A stretch of 24,000 nucleotides of DNA from positions 4,151,404 to 4,175,403 of the forward strand of contig NZ_CP137338.1 in the NCBI RefSeq assembly GCF_044923475.1, given 5' to 3'. A program made the position numbers and the translations under genes. The notes under the pieces are model-generated. The model was not told the DNA's origin. It saw only the letters and a list, made by a program, of their open reading frames with translations, and made no database searches. Within the stretch, counting starts at the first letter, position 1, and each line of letters begins with the position of its first letter. Source of the stretch: Altericista sp. CCNU0014 (GTDB lineage: Bacteria; Cyanobacteriota; Cyanobacteriia; Thermosynechococcales; Thermosynechococcaceae). Positions 18,606-24,000 of this stretch are shown here, in pieces.

Positions 18606-18655
18606 TTCCCGCCAGCCGCCGCGACCCCATTCAAAATTTAATTGGAGTGTTCGTT

Positions 18656-18808
18656 ATGGTAACAGACCTAACCCAGCTCACCGGAGAGTATGCAGCTTCC
18701 TGGCTCCCTTGGATCCTGATTCCTCTGGTATTTTACATTCTTCCGTTCCCTATCATTGCGCTTGTCTTTCTCTGGATAGAGAAAGAGGCGATGGAGGAAG
18801 AAAATTAG
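18656..18808 (+). CDS. psaI2: Photosystem I subunit VIII (PsaI), far-red paralog, 50 aa (the track ORF starts too early)
   Basis: MVTDLTQLTGEYAASWLPWILIPLVFYILPFPIIALVFLWIEKEA matches the PsaI core (YAASFLPWIFIP...FLYIE). GGAG at 18644-18647 precedes the ATG at 18656. Confidence 0.8.
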   Translation: MVTDLTQLTGEYAASWLPWILIPLVFYILPFPIIALVFLWIEKEAMEEEN

Positions 18809-18842
18809 ACCCGTAAAAATCCTATTTTGAGGAAAACATGCG

Positions 18843-19337
18843 ATGCGACCATCTATCTCCCGCTTTTGGTTATTTGCGATAAGTTTGGCAATTGCCCTTT
18901 ATCTTGCCCACCCTGCCCACGCAGCCAATCTAAATCTTGTTCCTTGCAGCGAATCAGCGGCATTTCAACAGCGTCAGAACAGCGCTCCAGAAGGCTACTA
19001 CTACACCAAACCCTTTGAAGTTTATTCATCTGAACTGCTGTGTGGCGAAGATGGACTCCCGCACTTACCATTGGATCGTTTAGATCGAGCCGTGGATGTC
19101 GCGATCCCAATCGCATTATTTCTGTACGTTGCTGGATTTATTGGCTGGTCTGGTCGAGCTTACCTTCAGGCTGCCAGTAAATCAGAGAACCCAGCAGAAA
19201 AAGAGATTTTTATTGATTTGCCCTTAGCGCTTCAGTCTTTCATTCAAGGATTGCTCTGGCCTCTACTTGCACTACAACAACTCCTAAGCGGTAAGTTGAC
19301 GGTTAAAGAAAGCGAAATTACTGTGTCGCCGCGCTAA
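18843..19337 (+). CDS. psaF2: Photosystem I subunit III (PsaF), far-red paralog, with a signal peptide, 164 aa
   Basis: Signal peptide ...LAHPAHA, then LVPCSESAAFQQR, LCGEDGLPHL, FLYVAGFIGWSGRAYL, EKEIFIDLPLA, EITVSPR. Confidence 0.9.
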   Translation: MRPSISRFWLFAISLAIALYLAHPAHAANLNLVPCSESAAFQQRQNSAPEGYYYTKPFEVYSSELLCGEDGLPHLPLDRLDRAVDVAIPIALFLYVAGFIGWSGRAYLQAASKSENPAEKEIFIDLPLALQSFIQGLLWPLLALQQLLSGKLTVKESEITVSPR

Positions 19338-19376
19338 GCTGCCTATTTTATTCAAAAAACTCCCGGAGTCTTACTC

Positions 19377-19517
19377 ATGCAGTACTTTCTGAAATATCTG
19401 ACCAGCGCTCCAATCATGGCGGCACTAACAATGGCCATCCTTGCGGGGGTCCTCATTGAGCTGAACCTCTTTTTCCCAGGGTTGCAGTACGGTACTTATT
19501 TTCACTCAGTTCCGTAA
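19377..19517 (+). CDS. psaJ2: Photosystem I subunit IX (PsaJ), far-red paralog, 46 aa (below the ORF-track length cutoff)
   Basis: Hand translation: MQYFLKYLTSAPIMAALTMAILAGVLIELNLFFPGLQYGTYFHSVP*. Resembles canonical PsaJ (..FLSTAPVM....AGILIEFNRFYPDLL). Confidence 0.8.
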   Translation: MQYFLKYLTSAPIMAALTMAILAGVLIELNLFFPGLQYGTYFHSVP

Positions 19518-19595
19518 TCTAATTTTAATCAGATGGGATAGTGGCACAATATTGGGGTCGAGTTCGAAGCATCCCTTTATGGTTCGGAGGTTCCC

Positions 19596-20072
19596 ATCCG
19601 CATCCTTGGTTTAGACCCTGGCTTAGCTTCCCTGGGATATGGGGCGATCGCCCTTTCCCAATCCGCACCCGATCGAACGCCAGAGTTGATCGATTTTGGC
19701 ATCATTCAAACGCCAGCCAAAACGCCCATCGGAGATCGGCTTTGCACGATTTGTGCGGACTTGGCTACCGTCATCGATCGAGTTCAGCCCGACCTCGTGG
19801 CGTTAGAAAAGCTGTTTTTTTACCGAATGGGTAACATTATTTTGGTTGCCCAAGCCCGTGGTGTCGTTGCCTTGGTGATTGCCCAGCACAAGCTGCCCCT
19901 GATAGAATTCACGCCCGCGCAGATCAAGCAGGCACTGACGGGCTATGGCAATGCTGACAAAACTGCCGTGCAAGAGGCGGTGGCAAGGGAACTAAACCTA
20001 AAGGCCATCCCAAAACCCGATGATGCTGCCGATGCTTTAGCCGTGGCTTTAACAGCGCGATTGCAGCTTTAA
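19596..20072 (+). CDS. ruvC: Crossover junction endodeoxyribonuclease RuvC; apparent non-canonical ATC start
   Basis: (I)[15 protein letters not shown]...[21 protein letters not shown]...[17 protein letters not shown]...[14 protein letters not shown] is collinear with RuvC, including the catalytic Asp in LGLDPG. No ATG, GTG or TTG occurs in frame between the stop at 19539-19541 and the TTG at 19686. GGAGG at 19586-19590 lies 5 nt before ATC 19596. Confidence 0.8.
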   Translation: MRILGLDPGLASLGYGAIALSQSAPDRTPELIDFGIIQTPAKTPIGDRLCTICADLATVIDRVQPDLVALEKLFFYRMGNIILVAQARGVVALVIAQHKLPLIEFTPAQIKQALTGYGNADKTAVQEAVARELNLKAIPKPDDAADALAVALTARLQL

Positions 20073-20234
20073 CTGCGCTCGCAATATTTTTTTGCCAAAA
20101 TAAAACCTAAAAAAGAACCAACGGCGTTCGAGATGGGCATCATGAGGTAGTTGATAAGCCATTTCACCCCTAGCTTTGATGCGACGCAGTGTTGGTTCGT
20201 TCGTTTGGCTATTGTCAGCCTAGCGAATTAATGA

Positions 20235-21179
20235 CTAAGCGTCCATCGAGCTAGGGTTTTCTTGTGCGAAGGGAGCGATGGCGGGAGATTTGGGCGCGCT
20301 TAAACTGCGCCAGTAAAGGGTGCCAGCCACCGCCATGAAGACGAGATAGGCGATCGCTTGGCCTAGGAAAAGGCGATCGCGGTAACCCAAAAAGGTCTTC
20401 AGCAAAATACCGGGGAACTGACGATCTGGCAAAATCAGGTGTCCGTCCCACAATAACGGTCCCAAAATGCAGGAATCGGCGGATGGGATCGGACAAAGAT
20501 TTGTGGAAACGAAGGGATTCAGGATCCCGAGGGCTGCATCGAGCTGTTTGGTCGCTCCTAAAACAAGGCCGCCGACAATCAGCAATAAGAAAATCCCCAT
20601 GATCTGAAAAAACTGCTTGAGGTTGATGCGGATGCCGAGGGCAAAGAGCGCCCAACCGATTCCCGTTGCGCCTATGAGACCGGCGATCGCCCCCGCAACG
20701 GAAGACCACCCGCTCTGAAGTTGGGCCACGATAAACAGCGCGGTTTCGATGCCCTCTCGCAGTACCGCCACAAAAATGAGCGTCCAGATGCCCCATTCGG
20801 CTTTCCCGTCGGCGGCAATCATTTGCTTTACAGATCCTTCAATTTCGGCTTTGGCAGTGCGGGCTTGCCGAGTCATCCAGATCAGCATCCAGGTGAGCAT
20901 GGCGATCGCCACTAGGCTAAAGCTCAATTTGAGAAACGGCAGCAGCACTGCTGCGTAGGGTTGCTCGGATGCTTGCAAGCTCTGGAGCAAGGCGCTGAGT
21001 CCTACACCCACGAGGACGCTCCCGACCAATCCTGAAGCTAAGCCAAAGTACACCCAATGCTTGAGTTGAGGCTGCTGTGCTTTCTGAAGCAGGGCTAGGA
21101 CGATGCCGACCACGAGAGCTGCTTCGACGCCTTCTCGTAGGGTAATGACGAAGGTGGGAAGTGCGGCACTAATATCCAC
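20235..21179 (-). CDS. FTR1/EfeU-family high-affinity iron permease, 314 aa
   Basis: Two REGxE motifs (REGVEA near the N-terminus, REGIET mid-protein) in a polytopic hydrophobic protein. Confidence 0.85.
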   Translation of the reverse strand: MDISAALPTFVITLREGVEAALVVGIVLALLQKAQQPQLKHWVYFGLASGLVGSVLVGVGLSALLQSLQASEQPYAAVLLPFLKLSFSLVAIAMLTWMLIWMTRQARTAKAEIEGSVKQMIAADGKAEWGIWTLIFVAVLREGIETALFIVAQLQSGWSSVAGAIAGLIGATGIGWALFALGIRINLKQFFQIMGIFLLLIVGGLVLGATKQLDAALGILNPFVSTNLCPIPSADSCILGPLLWDGHLILPDRQFPGILLKTFLGYRDRLFLGQAIAYLVFMAVAGTLYWRSLSAPKSPAIAPFAQENPSSMDA

Positions 21180-21402
21180 GGGTCTTTCTCAAGGGATGAC
21201 GGCTGGAATCTCTTCTCTATTATGTCGAGTCTGAGATAGAGGGTGTATTTTTCGCTCGATAAATGGGTGTAGTAATGGTGCACGATCGTTACTTCGTCGC
21301 TTCAGATCGGGGTCGCATCGCGGTTGGCGAGGCAGTGGCGATCGCGGGTTCCAATCGCGACACGTTGAAACTGCATTTCAAGCATTTGATTGCAATGAAA
21401 GT

Positions 21403-21993
21403 TTGTCTTGGCGACCCCATCGATATGATGCCAATTACCCTGATACCTCGCTTAATTTTAGGTTTGGGACAGCGGAACTGTTGGATTGGCGCGATCGCCT
21501 AGACGAGCTGGAATCTAGCACTAATCCATTTGCGACGGTGGTAATGACGCATTTGAAGGTGGTTGAGACAAAACGCAATGTGGATCGGCGTAAGGCTTGG
21601 AAGTTTGCGTTAACTCGGGCGCTCTATGAGAAAAGCTACCAACGGCAAGAGATTCTGGATTTATACCGCTTTATCGATTGGGTTATGATTTTACCAGAGG
21701 CAGTAGAGCGTGAGTTTTGGCAGGAACTCCAAGTCTTTGAGGAGGAAAGAAAGGTGACTTATGTAACGAATGCGGAACGGTTCGGGTTTGAGCGAGGGAT
21801 TCAGGAGGGGTTACAACATGAACGATCGCTTATCCTCCGCCTGCTTTCCCGACGTGTAGGGATTCTCTCTTCTGAGGTGCGATCGCAGGTTGAATCCTTA
21901 CCCCTGGAACAACTGGAATCGCTGGGCGAGGCGTTACTGGATTTTTCTTCTGCGGCTGATTTGGATGAGTGGCTGCGGACTCTTGGTGCGTAG
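21403..21993 (+). pseudogene. 5'-truncated Rpn-family (PD-(D/E)XK putative transposase/nuclease) gene retaining its C-terminal DUF4351 region
   Basis: The C-terminus LILRLLSRRVGILSSEVRSQVESLPLEQLESLGEALLDFSSAADLDEWL is the typical DUF4351 signature of this abundant cyanobacterial family. Only about 140 nt of open frame lies upstream where about 150 codons of nuclease core are expected, and the only start is a TTG. Confidence 0.6.
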
Positions 21994-22029
21994 CTATCGC
22001 ACTCGTAATACTGCGGCCTAAGGGGCGAT

Positions 22030-22126
22030 CGCCTTGGATCGAGAACCGATTGAGAGCCTCCTCGCTGCAGTCGAATTGCTCTACCGCATGGCGACGTTCC
22101 AGCTTTTCAATACTCAGAACCGTCAT
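22030..22126 (-). pseudogene. Remnant (about the first 30 codons) of a GNAT-family TacT/KacT-like toxin
   Basis: MTVLSIEKLERRHAVEQFDCSEEALNRF matches the toxin N-terminus (..L...H....FDCG...LN.(F/W)L). The start overlaps the antitoxin stop by ATGA. Similarity is lost after about codon 30, and the ORF runs antisense into the DUF4351 gene. Confidence 0.55.
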
Positions 22127-22404
22127 GACGAAGCAGATTCATCAAAAATGCTCAGCTCGTTCAGCAGACGTTCCATGCGCTCATGACGACGGGGCGGCGC
22201 ATCGAGCGCGGCCATAAAAGCAGTCCATTGTTCGGCATCCAGTCCAAAATGCTGCCGATCGGCCAGTGTTTCATCGGCTTGCGCCAAAGCACTTTCGAGC
22301 ACGAAATCGCTGACAGAACGGTGGGCAGCGGCACGGTAGAGCTTTTGCTTGGCGGCAGGAGTCAGTCGCAAATCTAGTTTCTCAGAACGGGTTTTAGTTG
22401 TCAC
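22123..22404 (-). CDS. DUF1778 (TacA/KacA-like, RHH) antitoxin, 93 aa
   Basis: KLDLRLTPAAKQKLYRAAAHRSVSDFVLESALAQADETLADRQHFGLDAEQWTAFMAALDAPP follows the DUF1778 pattern (L.LR......K..I..AA...G.SVSDFV...A...A...I). Confidence 0.8.
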   Translation of the reverse strand: MTTKTRSEKLDLRLTPAAKQKLYRAAAHRSVSDFVLESALAQADETLADRQHFGLDAEQWTAFMAALDAPPRRHERMERLLNELSIFDESASS

Positions 22405-22477
22405 GGTATTACCCCGATTTGTAAGCTCATCCGAACATAAACGTCCGACAATGTCATAACATTCTTGTCGTTCAAAA

Positions 22478-22804
22478 TTATTGCAATGTGGGTACAGAGG
22501 GCGTCAGCTTTTGCGGTGCAAGACGATAACCCATCGCCTTCAAAATTGCGTTCACGCTGCTGAATTGCGGATTGCCATTTTCCGAAAGGGCTTTCTGCAA
22601 CCCTTTGCGGCTCAGGCCAGAGACCTCGGCAATCTGACTGACACCTTTGACACGGCTTACGATTCGCAGAGATGACAGCAGTGCAGCAGCATCGCCACTT
22701 TCCGCATACTCGTCGAACAGCACAGTAATGTAGTCATCAATTTCATCTGGATGCTTGCGAAGATATTCCTCTTCAACCTCGCCGATCGTTCTATGATTCC
22801 GCAT
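22478..22804 (-). CDS. HigA-type addiction-module antidote protein (HTH), 108 aa
   Basis: HTH segment VSQIAEVSGLSRKGLQKALSENGNPQFSSVNAILKAMGYRL. Lies downstream of the RelE/HigB-like gene and overlaps it by 14 nt. Confidence 0.8.
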   Translation of the reverse strand: MRNHRTIGEVEEEYLRKHPDEIDDYITVLFDEYAESGDAAALLSSLRIVSRVKGVSQIAEVSGLSRKGLQKALSENGNPQFSSVNAILKAMGYRLAPQKLTPSVPTLQ

Positions 22805-23132
22805 CGCTCAGATACTCCCGCCAATAGACTTTAGCTCGTGTAATATCATCATCCTGACTGCTTTTATCCCCACCACATAGCAGAACAACTAGATCGTTGC
22901 CGTGTTCGCCGAAATAAACTCTATAGCCGGAACCGAAGAACATCCGTAATTCGCTTACCCCTTCTCCGACTGGCTTGCAATCACCATAATTGCCCTGCTG
23001 CATTCGTGACACACGGGCAAGGATACGCTTTCTTCCCATGACATCCCTCAGGCCATTCATCCATTCGCTGAAGGGTTCCTGTCCATCGGGTGTCGTGTAG
23101 ACGATAACCCTTCTCGGTAATGCATTTGTCAC
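22791..23132 (-). CDS. HigB/RelE-superfamily addiction-module killer protein, 113 aa, GTG start
   Basis: PFSEWMNGLRD...ILARVSRMQQGNYGDCKPVGEGVSELRMFFGSGYRVYFGEHGNDLVVLLCGGDKSSQDDDI is typical of the 'killer protein' family. The toxin-first gene order is typical of HigBA modules. Confidence 0.8.
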   Translation of the reverse strand: MTNALPRRVIVYTTPDGQEPFSEWMNGLRDVMGRKRILARVSRMQQGNYGDCKPVGEGVSELRMFFGSGYRVYFGEHGNDLVVLLCGGDKSSQDDDITRAKVYWREYLSDAES

Positions 23133-23154
23133 GCTATTCTACTTTTCTTCCGAC

Positions 23155-23179
23155 ATTATAGCGAACTATAGTTCGCTAT
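23155..23179 (-). promoter_or_regulatory. Perfect 22-bp palindrome overlapping a consensus -10 (TATAAT on the minus strand) upstream of the HigB-like gene; probable autoregulatory operator
   Basis: ATAGCGAACTATAGTTCGCTAT (23158-23179) is its own reverse complement. The minus-strand TATAAT corresponds to 23155-23160, about 23 nt upstream of the GTG at 23132. Confidence 0.65.
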
Positions 23180-23328
23180 CGTTGCAAATGCAACAGGATC
23201 CCCTTCTGTAAGCACTTTGTGCAGACAGTATCCATCGCAAACAGTTCATCCGCATCATCCATGCTGAGGTCGGCAAAGACATTGCCACTACCTCGTTGAA
23301 AGGCAGGTTGTTCGTCAGGATGATGCAT
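23176..23328 (-). pseudogene. Fragment of an XRE/HigA-like antitoxin (N-terminal about 35 aa only)
   Basis: QRGSGNVFADLSMDDADELFA resembles the conserved N-terminus (GSGNVFADLG..(D/N)AEE) of XRE-type antitoxins. No HTH segment follows. The 3' end is overlapped by the HigBA operator. Confidence 0.35.
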
Positions 23329-23582
23329 GGTTTGGGGTAAACGCTTGACAAAGCGATGGGCTAAGATCGCCACGCATCAAGAGTCCGCAAACACCTGACA
23401 GGGTATGAGTTGGAGCAGACGATCGCTGCTGTTAAGGGCAATCGAAAAGAGACACGCGGACGATTCAGGCGTAAAATTCTATGATTGATGGGGACTGCTG
23501 GAACTCAAGCTTTGGGGGGCAGGTCTATCCCAACAGTGCTTTAGCGTTCAATTCCCAACAGGTTTCACCATAAACGGGTCGC

Positions 23583-24000
23583 ATGTCTCAATTTAATAGT
23601 GGTTTTACCCTGTTTCTCAGCCTAATCGTGGAGGCCATCCCCTTTTTGCTCCTAGGAGTGCTGGCCTCCAGCGTGCTGCTGCTGTTTGTCAACGAACAGC
23701 GTCTCATCGCGCTGATGCCCAAAAATCCGTTTCTAGGCGCATTGGCTGGGAGCCTATTGGGTTTCCTGTTTCCGGTGTGTGAGTGCGGGAATGTGCCCGT
23801 GGCCCGGCGTCTGCTTCTCCAGGGGGTATCGGTTCCGGTTGCGATCGGTTTTTTGTTGGCCGCACCCACCATCAACCCCGTCGTGATCTGGGCCACCTGG
23901 ACAGCCTTTCGGGACCAGCCTGAAATTGTGGTGCTCCGGGTCGTGTTTTCCCTGATTATTTCGACGACCGTGGCCTGCGTCTTCAGCGTTCAAAAGGATA
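23583..24000 (+). CDS. COG0701/DUF318-type (ArsP-like) membrane permease, 5' part; continues past the window end
   Basis: Hand translation: MSQFNSGFTLFLSLIVEAIPFLLLGVLASSVLLLFV...LLGFLFPVCECGNVPVARRLLLQGVSVPVAIGFLLAAPTINPVV. It has the EAxPFLLLG and PVCECG motifs of this permease family. Confidence 0.7.
   Translation, partial: MSQFNSGFTLFLSLIVEAIPFLLLGVLASSVLLLFVNEQRLIALMPKNPFLGALAGSLLGFLFPVCECGNVPVARRLLLQGVSVPVAIGFLLAAPTINPVVIWATWTAFRDQPEIVVLRVVFSLIISTTVACVFSVQKD

Noticed and set aside
19541-19834. 97-aa GTG-initiated ORF overlapping the ruvC 5' region, considered as a possible frameshifted true N-terminus of RuvC
   Set aside because: Its translation ([24 protein letters not shown]...) has no RuvC similarity. 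RuvC homology starts cleanly in the other frame at 19599, right after an SD sequence, so a frameshift is not needed to explain the homology.
20251-20796. 181-aa minus-strand ORF in an alternative frame of the FTR1 permease gene
   Set aside because: It is off-frame to the REGxE-containing permease. It is Arg/Gly/His-rich and has no recognisable domain.
21263-21502. 79-aa ORF upstream of and overlapping the DUF4351 remnant, with a vaguely HTH-like stretch (AVGEAVAIAGSNRDTLKLHFKHL)
   Set aside because: The similarity is too weak to name. It overlaps the remnant in another frame and is probably degraded sequence from the truncated Rpn-family gene or non-coding DNA.
22446-22470. Imperfect palindrome CGACAATGTCATAACATTCTTGTCG between the HigA-like stop and the DUF1778 antitoxin start, considered as a TacA operator
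   Set aside because: Only the outer 6 bp and an inner 3 bp pair, which is plausible but not distinguishable from chance by eye.
1-24000. Looked for CRISPR arrays, tRNA/rRNA genes, integrase or transposase genes bounding the FaRLiP island, and multi-gene phage-defence systems
   Set aside because: No regularly spaced repeat-spacer array, no cloverleaf-compatible or rRNA-like segments, and no intact integrase or transposase were seen. The accessory patch at 21.2-23.4 kb contains only small TA modules and fragments.

Overview
Cyanobacterial chromosome segment; the HIP1 octamer GCGATCGC recurs throughout (e.g. 304-311, 3823-3830). All homology calls compare the supplied translations with canonical protein sequences recalled from memory, since no searches could be run. 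Positions 1-19517 are a nearly complete, co-directional (+ strand) far-red light photoacclimation (FaRLiP) cluster. Its gene order is apcB2 (3' end), apcD-type alpha, apcE2, a 74-codon micro-ORF, apcD-type alpha, psbD3, psbC2, psbB2, a MITE-like hairpin element, psbH2, rfpA, rfpC, chlF/psbA4, psaA2, psaB2, psaL2, psaI2, psaF2, psaJ2. That is 17 of the roughly 20 canonical FaRLiP genes. rfpB, the far-red D1 gene psbA3 and apcD5/apcA2 are not in the window and presumably lie upstream. The cluster is followed by ruvC, an FTR1-family iron permease on the minus strand, and a 2.2 kb patch of toxin-antitoxin material. That patch holds a 5'-truncated Rpn/DUF4351 gene, an orphan DUF1778 antitoxin whose GNAT toxin is cut after about 30 codons, an intact HigB/HigA-type pair with a perfect 22-bp operator palindrome, and an XRE-antitoxin fragment. 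The window ends with the 5' end of a COG0701-type permease. FaRLiP itself is a described system. Five items are not explained by its standard parts list. (1) A micro-ORF joined by ATGA overlaps to both apcE2 and the downstream apcD gene resembles the soluble N-terminal tail of D1/ChlF. (2) PsbH2 is about twice the normal length and has a predicted second transmembrane helix. (3) A MITE sits inside the psbB2-psbH2 spacer. (4) Repeat and inverted-repeat candidates for cis-regulatory sites occur in the apcE2-apcD spacer and at the chlF promoter. (5) ruvC has no canonical start codon.
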